NCBI RefSeq assembly: GCF_003918875.1
Contig: NW_025764893.1
Span: 1,364,001-1,428,000 of the forward strand
Reading direction: 5' to 3'
From: Haliotis rubra
Lineage: Eukaryota
DNA length: 64,000 nt
Below are positions 12,134 through 25,663 of this stretch, piece after piece (position 1 is the first letter of the stretch; every line of letters starts with the position of its first letter). The position numbers and the translations under genes were made by a program. The notes under the pieces were generated by a model. The model ran no database searches. It was not told the DNA's origin and saw only the letters and a list, made by a program, of their open reading frames with translations.

Positions 12134-13385
12134 GTATTATCAAGTTGGGTCTACAATGGGGTATTATCAAGTTGGGTCTACAATTGGATATTATCAAGTT
12201 GGGTCTACAACGGGGCATTATCAAGTTGGGTCTACAATGGGGTATTATCAAGTTGGGTCTACCATGGGGTATTATCAAGTTGGGTCTACAATGGGGTATG
12301 ATCAAGTTGGGTCTACAATGGGGTATGATCAAGTTGGGTCTACAATGGGGTATTATCAAGTTGGGTCTACAATGGGGTATTATCAAGTTGGGTCTACAAT
12401 GGGGTATTATCAAGTTGGGTCTACAATGGGGTATTATCAAGTTGGGTCTACAATGGGGTATTATCAAGTTGGGTCTACAAATGGGGTATTATCAAGTTGG
12501 GTCTACAATGGGTATTATCAAGTTGGGTCTACAATGGGGTATTATCAAGTTGGGTCTACAACAGGGTATTATCAAGTTGGGTCTACAACGGGTATGTATG
12601 GGTCTATCAAGTTTGGGTCTACAATGGGGTATTATCAAGTTGGGTCTACAATGGGGTATTATCAAGTTGGGTCTACAATGGGGGTATGATCAAGTTGGGT
12701 CTACAATGGGGTATGATCAAGTTGGGTCTACAATGGGGTATGATCAAGTTGGGTCTACAATTATCAAGTTGGGTCTACAATTATCATCAAGTTGGGTCTA
12801 CAATGGGGTATTATCAAGGGTATGGGTCTACAATGGGGTATTATCAAGTTGGGTCTACAATGGGGTATTATCAAGTTGGGTCTACAATGGGGTATTATCA
12901 AGTTGGGTCTACAATGGGGTATTATCAAGTTGGGTCTACAATGGGGTAGGATCAAGTTGGGTCTACAATGGGGTTCAAGTGGGTCTACAATGGGGTATTA
13001 TCAAGTTGGGTCTACAATGGGGTATTATCAAGTTGGGTCTACAATGGGGTATTATCAAGTTGGGTCTACAATGGGGTATTATCAAGTTGGGTCTACAATG
13101 GGGTATTATCAAGTTGGGTCTACAATGGGGTATTATCAAGTTGGGTCTACAATAGGGGTATTATCAAGTTGGGTCTACAATGGGGTATTATCAAGTTGGG
13201 TCTACAATGGGGTATTATCAAGTTGGGTCTACAATGGGGTATTATCAAGTTGGGTCTACATGGGGTATGGGGTATGTGGGTATTATCAAGTTGGGTCTAC
13301 AATGGGGTATTATCAAGTTGGGTCTACAATGGGGTATTATCAAGTTGGGTCTACAATGGGGTATTATCAAGTTGGGTCTACAATT
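12134..13385 (+). repeat. 27-bp minisatellite (~46 units)
   Basis: Unit tattatcaagttgggtctacaatgggg. Confidence 0.97.
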
Positions 13386-15496
13386 GGGACATCACCTTGA
13401 TAAGGAAACGTTGTATTCCGGTTAACCGCTTCGAAATGTATCGCCACAATAGCAGTAATCTACGTAACACAACGTAAAATGCAGTGTAAAATGCATATAT
13501 ATTGACAAACATTTGTATTGAAAGCTCGCAAGTTTTTACTGGATATAGTATGTGTAGAAAAAGTGTCATCTTGGAACACATCGTACCATATAAAACCGTA
13601 CACAAAGACGAACCCGGTCTATAAAAATAGTTGTGTTAAGCATGAAAGCTTCGTTACCATTACTGTACAGAAACATGAATAACAGCTGCCTATAAAAGTG
13701 ATTAGAATGAATGCTTTGTGGTTTCATAGAGTAATAAAAACGAAAGGGGAGTGCAATATGCTTCCAGTCAACATCATGGTAGTTTGCAAACGGTGAAAGT
13801 AATCTACGTTATGAAATCTACTTTACCACCTGATATGGAATCTTACAAAATATATCTGGAAATAGAAGATTTCGCTTCGTAGCATAGTCAGAGAACCCTG
13901 GCAAATACTTTGATAACCTACAACAGTTGCCACCGGTTGCTGTCACATGATCGCAGCACTTCAGTGACATTTCACGAAATTCAAATTTGGAAGGGAAACT
14001 TCATCTTTATTCGGGAAATTCCCTGTGAAACAGGTAAGATTGCTTGTTAATTTACTTCATTATAGGGATATAGTTTCACAATATTTCAAAACAATTGTTC
14101 TACTGTTGAGAATTTCTTCGGTAGAAGCAATTGGAAATGATCACTATATTTGGGTGTCGTTAGCCATCATTTAAAAGACTGACAAAAGTTGTATTTCGTG
14201 AAGCTTGTATCAATTCTGTTAATATCACATAAATGTTTTAGACATATCGATATTGACCCTAAACGTATGATATTTCGATCTCTTAAAAAAACTGCAACAT
14301 ATCTTTCACCTCAATTTTGTACTCGCTCCTCAACGCATGGTAACGTACATTGCAATGAATCGTGTAATACCTTCATAGCTATCACATGTTCCGGTAACTG
14401 TTATGAATATTTTATTTATTGCTAATCAAGTAGCTATAATGACTTTCATATATGGTAAGTTGTAAAATCAAGCTATATGAGGACGATTATTACGTCCAAT
14501 GAATTAGTTTGTAGGGTAACGAAGATTACAGTTTGTTCACGTAGATTACAAAAATATCATTGTTGAATTCTGACAGAATGACTCATGCAAGGATCCAGCG
14601 GGATTACGGACAAGGGAATAGGGAGAAAGAAGGAATGAATGTTATTCATGTGAACAAGTGTTTTTTGTGCAGATCTGTAATCTATGTTACAAAGGCATTC
14701 ACAACCTGATCAATAATATTACCTTTTATAAATGCTGTTGTATTGTCAGTGAAGTTCATGATATTACCTCTCAGATGTCGATTCTTTTTGTCGCCTTCTT
14801 TTGCGTAAAGAACTGCATTTAACAGTATAACATATGTTATATTTTCAAGAGCTTTGACTTGATCAAGTTTATTGTTATAATGCTAACAAACTCAACTGAG
14901 TGGAGAGGATGTTACATGTAATGTTGTTTCCTTAACGAAACACAACTTGGGATAAACGACTGAACTTTGTGAATGATATCTCCCTTCAGTGTGTTATGCA
15001 GCGATCATAAAGAACAGTCACGTAGATTACAACGATCGTGTAGGGTGGTATTGTATGAGATGTGATGGAATTTTTACAAGCTCTCCTTGAGTGCTACAAT
15101 TTCTGATTTTCGTTCGTGACACTTTCTTCAATAAAAGAGCAACAACAAGCGACAGAAATATTGTCTTTAGTTTTTTACGATTTGTGTCTTTCAAATTGGG
15201 CATTCTCTGTGAGAATTGGTGATCTGCTCATTTCCTATTATGAGACAAAGATTATGAGATTATGAGATTAAAAGATTATGAGTGACATCACACAATACAC
15301 AATGATTATCTGATCGGACGAATGCATTAACCATTAATATCAGCTACCAGTATTAATTTTAAGAAAGAGGAGTGAGTAAATCGGGCTAAACTGCTTTGAA
15401 AAGTCTTAATCTATCGTGTCACTGGATTGTCTGGTCCATCAGTGGATGGTCTGGTAAGGACGCAGGTGTTTACAAACCACTCTAAAAAAGCATGAC

Positions 15497-15711
15497 CACA
15501 AACAAACTGCAATGCTCAAAATAAAGGAGGTTCTTGCGTATTTTACATTAATAAAAAGAGGATTGGACAACAAACAAACTCCAATGCTCAATGTAAAGGA
15601 GGTTCTTGCGTATTTTACATTAATGAAAAGAGGATTGGACAACAAACAAACTCCAATGCTCAAAGTAAAGGAGGTTCTTGCGTATTTTACATTAATAAAA
15701 AGAGGATTGGA
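15497..15711 (+). repeat. 72-bp tandem repeat x3
   Basis: caaacaaactccaatgctcaa.gtaaaggaggttcttgcgtattttacattaat.aaaagaggattgga repeated three times. Confidence 0.95.
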
Positions 15712-16420
15712 AGGTCAAAATTGACTAAACAAATGAAGAGTGGAAATTGTAAAACAGAGCAAAACAATCACTGGGATAGTGGTATCTTACCCATAAAAGG
15801 TGCCCATACTATCAACCTCTCGCTGGCTGTCACCAATCACCCTCAAATCAGGATGATATTGACGTCTCCCAGAGACTCGGCGTGGAGCCTATTAAAGCCA
15901 TATTCCTGACCTTACCGCCAGACAGGTCAACAAGGTCACCTAGACCTTACGTCCAATTCTTCGGCCATAGAGAACGTTTTATAGCTCCCCAGGACGTCTG
16001 AGCATTTCCCCTCGCTGATTTATCATTCGGAACCGCCGGAATCTTCCCCCTGACTAAATGCCCTGATTTATTCCGTCCGAGCGCCCCGCAAATGGAACGG
16101 ATTCCTACGGTTCACTGCAATACTCGGGGGAAACGCCGTCGACCCGCAAGTCCGCCCGTCAAACACTGCAGGGGGAAGACGTTGTTCTATCACGTTGTTC
16201 AGGTAGACTGGATGCTATATAACGACATTACAAGATGTTCCCGGGCCAGGTTGCGGGAAGCTTAAATAGAACTGATTAATGATGACTAGGAAGGTCAACG
16301 TCTTCAAGGTGTCTGAAAGGAAGACGTAGGAATAAGAAGGAAAACTTCGATATAGCTGGTAGTTCGAGATAAGGGGTGTTATGTTATTACGTTATCTCTG
16401 AAATGAGCATCATCTTCAGA

Positions 16421-16667
16421 GTGAGTGAGTGAGTTTAGTTTTACGCCGCACTCAGCAATTTTCCAGCTATATGGCGGTGGTCTGTAAATAATCGAGTCTG
16501 GACCAGACAATCCAGTGATCAACATCATGAGCATCGATCTACGCAATTGGGATACGATGACATGTGTCAACCAAGTCAGCGAGCCCGACAACCCGATTTC
16601 GTTAGTCGCCTCTTACGACAAGCATGGGTTACTGAAGATCTATTCTAGCCCGGATCTTCACGGGTCT
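16421..16667 (-). mobile_element. Family B non-autonomous retroposon, full length, no tRNA head
   Basis: 11-bp TSD tcatcttcaga at 16410-16420 and 16668-16678; contains the gtcgtaagaggcgactaa motif and the tail shared with family A. Confidence 0.92.
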
Positions 16668-17039
16668 TCATCTTCAGAAAACGAGTTTGAATGTGATGCT
16701 GTGACAGCTGATTTGGAAATGGGTTAGATTAATGAGTTTTTTAAAATGAAAGAACTCGAGTTAGAATGTCTCGATTCTAACACTATGCTAAATGCTCGAC
16801 GTTATAGGGGTGGTGGGGCGACCACTTTGTTAGTACGTTTGCTTGTCTTGTTCGAGTTTAGATCCTGACATGGGTTCATTGTGTGAAGACCAAGCTTAGT
16901 GTCTTCAACTCTGTCGAATTCTTTCTGGCATATTTGTAGGATATTAACGAGATGATGGTGAAATAATTTAGACGAGGTAAATATTTGTAGAATATTTGTG
17001 ATATATTTGTCAGATATGTGTAAAAGTGGTTCAAAAGCA

Positions 17040-17340
17040 ACATCACACGCACACGCACACAGATGGAAACACACAAACACGCATCCGAAACATAATAACC
17101 GATCATACTGGTGCTTCTGTCACTACAATAACCACACGTACGCACGTACGCACGCACACACACACACACACACTCATCAAACACGCACGCACTCTCAAAC
17201 ACAAACACTCTCACACACCCTCTCACTCACACACATTCACACACACCCTCTCACTCACTCTCTCACTCACACTTACACTCACAGTGCCTGTATAACCGAC
17301 ACTGATGCTTCTGTCAAGTTCAATATCCACACATACACAA
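17040..17340 (+). repeat. (CA)n/(CACT)n-rich microsatellite
   Basis: Direct reading. Confidence 0.9.
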
Positions 17341-18557
17341 TATAGCTATCTATTCCGACAGGAAAACGTCGTCATAATCGTGACGCTTTCAACAAAACAG
17401 ACAGGATCAAGCTCAGACACAAGCTGCGGTCTACTATCTAATATCCATCCCGATGACTGGCCTCCTTGAGAGACAAGGTTAGGATATGGTTAATAACCAG
17501 AGTGGAAGATGGAGTGTCTGTGGCTCTTGGTCCTCTGTCAATTACACACCGGTACAGGGCGTGTGGCAGGCAGGGTTTACTGGCGATGGCCGCAATATTT
17601 TCTGACACCTGAATCGATGCGGATGGCGCTCCCAGGGACGTCGGCTCATTCATAACCATCGACCCACGACATGGAATACAGAGCGATGGAGATTGGGGCA
17701 GAATTATAGCAACGGTTCATAGGTTTGGGGATATATTGACCACATGCTGATAGCATTAGGTCGTCAAATGTTCATGAGATTATAGTAACTGTTTGTATTG
17801 TATTTGGGTTCACTTAAGCACTGACCTATCTATTTGGAAGTGACAGCAAATCTCATAGCAAATCCTGCTGATACTGGGAATTTGCAGATTTATAAAGTGA
17901 AAGGTTTAAGAATCAGGTAGACTCTAAGGTAATAATTCATAGTTTATATGATAATTTAAAAAATAAATAAATAACACACTGGCGTCCTTTAAGACAGTCC
18001 CCTTTTCTAGACTTGCCTCTTTAAAGGCAGAATTACTATTCGTTCATGGGGCTTAAAAGGCTAGAGAAGAAATACGTATATCCATTAGTTAACGGGTAAT
18101 GCTTTAAAATGTCCCCTGGAAGCAGAGAATGAAATGTTAGTGCATACTGATCCAAGGGTAAAGATAATGATATGCAGATCAACAGATCGATATCAGCAAT
18201 TGTTTTCACAGCTGCCGAGAGACCAACAACCAGAGCTTTCGGGCGCTAGAGGAAATTCCGTAAAAACATTTCCATATTATCTTATCGGGTACCCATTGAT
18301 TGCTTTGTGATCAGTGGGGACCCTGAACACTTCATGTTGATAACCCCTGTCTCAGAATGTGACAGGGCCAATGCCAGACACTCTCAGGAACCAAACCTTC
18401 TGGCCGCGGTCCCCCATACACCTCCTGTCCCTCGCCAGCTTTGTATTGTGACGTGATTTGCTGACGCCTGGTGACGCGTCAAAGGGAGATAATTATGAAA
18501 AAAATGTACCCCGTGTTTATGTGAACAAGTTCTAATATAAACACGTTACAACTGTTA

Positions 18558-18702
18558 ACGGTGGGGCAGCCTAATGGTTATAGCGTCATCTCGTCATGCT
18601 GAAAGCCCGGGTTCGATTCCCTACATGGGTACAGTATGTGAAGCCCTCTTCTGGTGTCCCCCGCTTGCTGGAATATTGCTAAAAGCGGCGTCAAAACCGT
18701 AC
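18558..18702 (+). mobile_element. Family A SINE (diverged)
   Basis: Matches family A head, B box and tail. Confidence 0.85.
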
Positions 18703-19002
18703 TGATGAAACCATTTTGATGAAAGAGGGGTTTAGAATTGAAACAAAGGGTTCTCGTAATAAAGGAAGAAATGAACATATACTCATGCCAGTAATGGTTG
18801 TCACCCCCTTCACTTTTTTTAATTGGAGAGGGGGTGTGGGTGTGAGGTGTGTGTGGGGTTGGGTGGGGGTGACAACCATTATTGGCATGAGTATATATAA
18901 ACAAATTTGACGATCTTTACATTTCGTGAGATGCTAGATCCCCCTAGCCTTACTCCAAAGCTGTACTGAAGCCCATGGATGCAAAGTAATTCTGTCCTTT
19001 AA

Positions 19003-19169
19003 TGAATGAGTAAGTGAGTATGGTTTTACGCCGCTTTTAGCAATTTTCCAGCAATATCACGGCGGGGGACACCAGAAATGGGCTTCACAAATTGTCCCAT
19101 GTGGGGGATCCAACCAGGGTCTTCGGCGTGACGAGCAAACGCTTTAACCACTAGGCTACCCCACCGCCC
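19003..19169 (-). mobile_element. Family A SINE
   Basis: Reverse consensus; imperfect TSD gtcctttaa/gtcatttaa. Confidence 0.9.
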
Positions 19170-19512
19170 GTCATTTAAAGAGGCAATTCTTGAGAAGCGG
19201 ACAGAACAAGGAAGGGTGTCTGTTGGAGGGATATTTATAGGTTTTAGAAATTATCAATTAAACTTTTAATCATAGCCTAAGAGACTTGTGACTAGGCAAA
19301 ACTCGAAGCAGGATACGTTCCCCTTTTCGGAATGATTACTATTTCATAGAGGATATGCTTTTAGAGGATATGTCTTTTGATTAATGATAAGGTTTTTGTT
19401 CAATACGGATATGTTGATTACGTAAATAACAAAACCCTTTCCACATCCGTAAGAATTCTAAAAGCAGATTCGATTGTATAATTCGGATTATATCATGAGC
19501 ATGTGTTTATGA

Positions 19513-19902
19513 GGTGAGGTGAGGTAGAGGTGAGGTGTGGTGAGGTGAGGTGAGGTAAAGGTGAAATGCGGTTTAACGTCGTACAGTTTAAGAATATTTC
19601 ACTCATATGACGACGTGCATGTGCGTGCATGTGTGGCTGCTTGTACTAGCCCAGACTTAAGTTGGTTTTATTGTGCTAGCCCACTGAGATACCATGCCGC
19701 ATTGAAGCGTGAATACCCCACTCAGATACATTATACTGACTCCGAGCCGACCAGTCCTTGTTGAACCCATTAATGCCGAGCGCCAGGCAAGGACCATCAA
19801 GTACGATATCTTAACGGCTTTTGGTATGATGCGGCCGGGGATCGAACCCGCGACTTTCCACTCTCCGGGCGGAGGCTCTATCCACTACACCACGGAGGCG
19901 GT
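19513..19902 (-). mobile_element. Family C tRNA-derived SINE, resembling molluscan RUDI
   Basis: Head accgcctccgtggtgtagtgg...ggttcgatccccggcc, body ggactggtcggctcggagtcagtataatgt, (cctca)n tail; 13-bp TSD catgtgtttatga at 19500-19512 and 19903-19915. RUDI name is from memory. Decayed relatives near 23610-23770, 40370-40510 and 61740-61960. Confidence 0.85.
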
Positions 19903-20014
19903 CATGTGTTTATGAATCACTATCAAACAGTGCCGATGCCAGATGTTCGCGAAAAAGCGAATATATCCTGCCCCATCTGTGGCAACCGTCATAGACATAT
20001 GTTAAGGTTGGTCA

Positions 20015-20250
20015 TTTCTCACCTAAAAAAACTGGGAACGTATGGAACAAGTAAAACAAGGGAAATGCATCGGAAATAGTTTTTGTCACTGATGCATCAA
20101 ATTTTGAAATGTCTTCCACATGCCTACCATAACATTTTCTGAAAACTTTACTGAGGCCTTGAATGTGCAAGAGCCGTATGGCACGCTTTGAAAACATGAT
20201 AAAAACACCATGGTCGATTGTACCTCAAAAGCTGCGAAATGTAAACACAT
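20015..20250 (-). pseudogene. Remnant of a Penelope-like reverse transcriptase C-terminus
   Basis: Frameshifted VYISQLLRY... then F.KRA..L...QG..KVFRKCYGRH..ISKF resembles the YISQLxRY/QGY/KFYGRH region of invertebrate PLE-type RTs. Confidence 0.6.
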
Positions 20251-21962
20251 TTTAACAGACCACAGGATGTGTCGGACATGCAGTGATCGTACAGACATTT
20301 CGACCGGTGCTGTAAACCGTCCTGACCTATCGTTCTGACAGTATGATACCGGACACTGGTCATTTACTGAGGGCACGTTAGTCCAGACCAGTTACCCCAG
20401 CATCATCAATCATAGGTGACGTTGATATGACAACCACTGATCACAGTGCCACTCACCACGGCACCAAGGGTCTGGGAGCGATCCGCCATCCACGAAAAAT
20501 ACACATGCTGTGTTGTTTCCATACTCGCACCGCAGCTAGTCTTGCATGTCCGTCTGACCCTAAGTGAGTGAGTTAATAGGATTTTACGCCGCTTTTAACA
20601 ATATTCCAGCAATATCACGACGGGGGACATCTGAACGCGGATTATTATGCATTTGCAGCGCAAAGCCAGCTATTACCCAGGCTATCTTTGAGGATTTTTG
20701 TATTTATGACGCAAAGCAGTGAGCGTTATATATATCGTTTGTTAAAACATGATCTCTGAAGGACACGTCGATCAGATTATGAAACAACGGAAAAATGGTT
20801 CTTTGAAATCTATATTAACCGATTTACCCACTCGTCTGTTTCTTTGAAGATTATTTCCCACAAAACGGCATCTAAGTATTTCATTTTCTCATTCATTCAA
20901 CCTCAGTCTGTCAGCTGACAATATGGACATTTAGCTGACATCTGCGAGAGACCACCAACTAGTTGCCGCATAACTGATGTTGAAATGAGCGCTGTTTTTT
21001 CAGCATATCCACATGTACAAAACATGTAATTAGCATCTGTCCCCGGTGATGTACGTCAATCAACGTCAGATTCCTGTGTTTACATGTCATCTACGAGATG
21101 ACTGCGTCCTAAAAACACAAACATTCAATTTAGATTAAAAGATACGCTCAATAAAAGCATGCAAGTGAACGCAATTGCCAGAGAAACGTTGCAGATATTT
21201 GGTTTTGCAAACGAAATGGACCTAGCAAAGACATCTGTTTTAAGTTATATACTTTACATACATAGGTTGCATCCATTCCAAAACGAATTTGCAAATATTT
21301 TTCAATTTAAATAGTCTGGATATAGCTTTTGGGGTACGTTAGAACGAGAATGGTGGATAGAACTTGAGACAGCTTCTGCAGTTTCTGATAAGTAATTCGT
21401 TAAAATTTCCATGACAAATGTTATTTAGACTTTGGGCATGTCTACAGAATCCTATTATCCGATGATGAATATAAATGGCTTCTCCCAGCTAACCGGTCAT
21501 AGGTGATGTGTTTTGATCATAAGATAAGGCGTTTTAACAAAGTTAGGGATTTTATGTGTTATCGTTCAGCTGCAGTACCGTCTCTAATTTGGTTTTTGCA
21601 ATCTAACAGAAACGTAATTACATGTATTCATATTTAAGACTCTGATGCTCCATTTAACAATCTCTTCCTACATCTGTGTTCATTATAACCGCACCGTTCC
21701 CATGGCAGCAGGTACAAGATAAAGTTATTATCTTGGGTCCGGATTTACAAAGCGATTTTAAGTGTACGTTTAGATATCAAACCTTGTTTCATGTTTCGCC
21801 TTAGCGCTAAGTGTCGTAAGTGTATGATGTTGTGCGAGTTAAGATAATCTTTTGTGATACGGGCCATCTCGCTTAAAGAATGAATGAATAATACGACGCT
21901 TTTAGCAATATTCAAGCAATATCACTGCGGGGGACCAGAAATTGGCTTTACACATTGTACCC

Positions 21963-22221
21963 CATCCTCGATAATCTCCAGGGTATACGTTGCGAACACT
22001 CTACACTATATCGTAACGTATACCCTGGACTGACTGACTGAGTATGGTTTTACGCCGTTTTTAGCAATATTCCAGCAATATCACGGCGAGGGACACCAGA
22101 AAATGGGCTTCACAAATTATACCCATGTGGGGAATCGAACCCGGGCCTTCGGTGTGACGAGCGAACGCTTTAACCACTAGGCCACCCCACCGCCCCAATA
22201 CCCTGGAGATTATGGAGGATG
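21963..22221. mobile_element. ~81-bp MITE (after removing the nested SINE) with 9-bp TSD
   Basis: TIR catcctc.ataatctccagggtatacgtt.cga; TSD attgtaccc at 21954-21962 and 22222-22230. Confidence 0.88.
22030..22197 (-). mobile_element. Young family A SINE inside the MITE right TIR
   Basis: 10-bp TSD ataccctgga at 22020-22029 and 22198-22207. Confidence 0.93.
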
Positions 22222-22714
22222 ATTGTACCCATGTGTGGAATCGAACCCGGGTCTTCGGTGTGACGAGAGAACGCTTTGACCACTAGGCTACCCCACCGTC
22301 TCTCTCGCACAAAGAGAACGCTGTGTTACGGCAGTGGTGAGGTTATTATATAAAACTACGTGAGTTACGATCTACTTAGCTCTAATATCGCTTTGCGCAA
22401 TTTGAGTTTGGACTATTTGGATACAGTTACACGTGAACATCTCTACATCATATCGTATAAGATGCTCTCAAATATTATATCTTTTTTATTCATGTAACTA
22501 TACCACTGCGAATATCCTTGGTCCAGATTCAGAATGCGATGGGATGTTCAGATGGATCTAGGACCCAAATTGTACAGTGATCTTAGCGCTAAGATCATCA
22601 TAACTCTCACACTTAAATATAAACTAAGATTGTGCTAAGATGGTATTGAAGTGAATTCTTCAAACTGTACATTCCTTTGTTTGACACTAAGTTTTAACGC
22701 CACACGGTAAAATC

Positions 22715-22905
22715 ACCCGTGAAGATCCAGGTTAGAATTGGTCTTCAGCAACCCATACTTGTCCTAAGGATCGGGTGGTTGAAACATGTCACCGTATCCC
22801 AACTGCGCAAATCGATGCTCATGATGTTGATCACTGGATTGTCTGTTTTTTTACAGACCCCCGTCATATAGCTGGAATATTGCTGAGTGTGGCTTTAAAC
22901 ACCGA
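22715..22905 (+). mobile_element. Family B retroposon
   Basis: acccgtgaagatccaggttagaattggtcttcagcaaccc...tail. Confidence 0.85.
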
Positions 22906-25663
22906 ACCAACAGCATACAAACAAACACACAGTAAAATCTCACCTCCATGAATGCGGCCTGTAAATAAGCGAGTCTTGACCAAGCAAACCGGTGACAGAT
23001 ATCATGAACAACGTTCAACGCCGGATTGTAACACACAGTCAGTAATGTCACCGACTATCGGATCCTTTATGTCACCTCGTACGTTGAGACTGGTTAATGG
23101 GTGGGGTGGGGGGTCCATTCTAGGTGGACCCGAGCTTTACCAACCCCCTTAACATATCTTATGCGTAGATGTCGGTCGTATCCCAGCTATGTCTGTCACT
23201 AATCGAGTTTGGACAAGACAATCCAATGATAGACATCATGAGCACCATTTCATGTAGTTACGTTTCGGTGAATTGAACTCAACCAAATCACCGAACCACG
23301 GAAATCTGAATCTGGAACAAAAGCTGAACTTCGTCACACTCAGGTCTTCTGTGTAGGATGTATCGATGCTTTAGACACCCCACCAAGAAAACCCCTCAAA
23401 TAAGCAAACAAAAACACCCCAACACCCCAACACACACACACACAGTAAAACAAACCAAACAACAACAAAACAAACCCAAACACACCAACCAAACCCCCAA
23501 AAAAAAAAATACATAAAAAAATAAATAAAAATAGACAGCAGCAACAACTAAAACAAACAAATAACCAAACTTAAAAAAACAATGAGCGAGAGAATGCGCG
23601 AGGGCATGGATGCTTGTAATAGTCGGGGCTTATTCCTCTCCTAAGATGCAAGTTCACTGAGATACCATGTCGTGGCTTACCAAGAATACCTCGCTCGGAC
23701 ACAGCATATTAAACCCATCTCCATTATGTCGAGCACCAGGCGGGGTGACAACAAGTACCATTTTCAACGCTACCCAGGCTCTCTACCACAGGTACAAATT
23801 ACTATATAGTACATGCTCACCTGTTAATGAAGCGAGTATCACATAGACAATTAACGTAAACTTCGACAGTCATACCTGTTGTGAAACCTGCAATCTTCCA
23901 CACTGGTCTCAACACAACACAAAGCCTGTAAAAGTCGTAGTAGTAGGGTAGTCCTAGTCTGTCTAACACTCCCTGAACCACATTATTTCCCCTTCCGCCC
24001 AACTCTTCCTGCAATGCTATAGCACTAAATTAAGCAAATCTAGATTTCCTCAGGTTCTGGTTTCGAATGCCCATTTTCGAGTCCTTTTCAGTTTAAAAGG
24101 AATTATTTGTTTTCCCCAAAAATTATACATTTAGAGACTAAGCGTTAATCTAGGATCGCCTTAACGCTAAGCTCGCTTTATGGAACGAACCCCATGGCCA
24201 CAAATCCGAATAGGTTTCAGTTACTCGTGATCATCTGCCCTAATCCATTAGGAACCGATATATGGTACCACAAGGTTCAGAATAATACTCTTCCTTTTCA
24301 AGTGACGCATTAATTTTACGATCGCAGCTTTAATTAATATGCCCAAAAGGCAACTGTTATTGGATTTGAATGTGTGTGCAAAGAGATTGGGTCAGTCGTG
24401 TTCGTAATGAATAAATATAAGCTATTTACTATATTGACCTATGGCCATTCTATTGTCCAAATGACCAGAAATTGACGAAGATGGATGGACATCTACCAAG
24501 CCGGCAGTAGTTAGTGCCGTTAATCACCGCTTGTTCAGAACACGCAATATTCCATTGTCAAATACAAATTGTTTTTAAGAGAACGAGCCTGTTCAATTTC
24601 CATGGCAATACAAGCCCGGATTTCCAGCGTAGTGTTAATCTTGTCTGCTAAACGATTTCAATGACAATCAATAGTTCTCTATTACGCCGATATAGAGAGG
24701 GAATGCCCGTGCCACTATGCTGGAGTATTGGTCTGGGGGCCACATTGATCTTTGTCTTCTACTACAGAGATAACGATAAATCTGCAAGTCAGCATTTTCC
24801 AAACACACATTTGGCTAATACATCTATCGATTTGGTTTAAAGTGTTCATTTTTTGGTCTGGAATGACTATGGTTGAATCAATGGATCGTGCGAATTGTTG
24901 AAGAAGTGTCTGAAGTTCATTACTAGTTTATGATTGCATGATCAATTTTGTAAATACATCTTATAAGTAGGTTTAATAGTAATTGAGATTGAGGTGAGAT
25001 CGTGTGGAAATTGAATGATCTCGAAAACGTGTTTTTTCTCCGTTTGGATGGGTCTTAGTAAAATATTTAGCGAATGAGTTAGTCAGTATGTTATTTTTTA
25101 CGACTCCTTTAGCAATATCACGACGGAAGACTTTAGAAATGAACCCCACACATTGTAGATGATGTTTTACATCAAAACTTAAGGAAGTAACCGTCAAGGT
25201 AACGCCTCTCCCCCTCCCCCCACACACCCTACACCCCCTGGAAATGTTTAATTTACGTTTGTCAGAAGAATACACTAAGTCCGTGATCTGGATAACCAGC
25301 TGTAAGATTTTCATTTAATGAAAACTGCGTAGGCTGAGTGGGCTAGATCGCCGACTTTATGGGCTGGCGATTAGGTACGAATTCTTCACATGACTCAACC
25401 AAAACGTACTAGAATAAATATTTTTACCGAGAAAAAAAATGCATTCCGAAATAGTTCATTTGTTGCCAATGTCCTGTAGACGTCGACGTTTGTGGAGATG
25501 TCTGTGACTACACTATTCTGAGCTTTCCACAAAGCAGTCATCGCGAGTTAGGGAGTCGGGGTTTCTGGTATTCCAGTATTATCAAACAGAGGGTGGATGA
25601 ATGATTACGTCACATCAGTTTTCAGCTATCAAGGAGTATGAGCGTAATGTGAGAGGAAACCCA

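Larger units (their letters stand above)
21880..22300 (-). mobile_element. Older family A SINE interrupted by a MITE
   Basis: Halves 21880-21962 and 22222-22300 rejoin at attgtaccc. Confidence 0.85.

Noticed and set aside
12003-13477. ORFs such as (GIIKLGLQW)n or (MGYYQVGST)n as shell-matrix-like proteins
   Set aside because: The 27-bp unit is stop-free by chance; frequent frameshifting indels, no signal peptide or splice context.
16998-17345. His/Thr-rich ORFs
   Set aside because: Translation of a (CA)n microsatellite.
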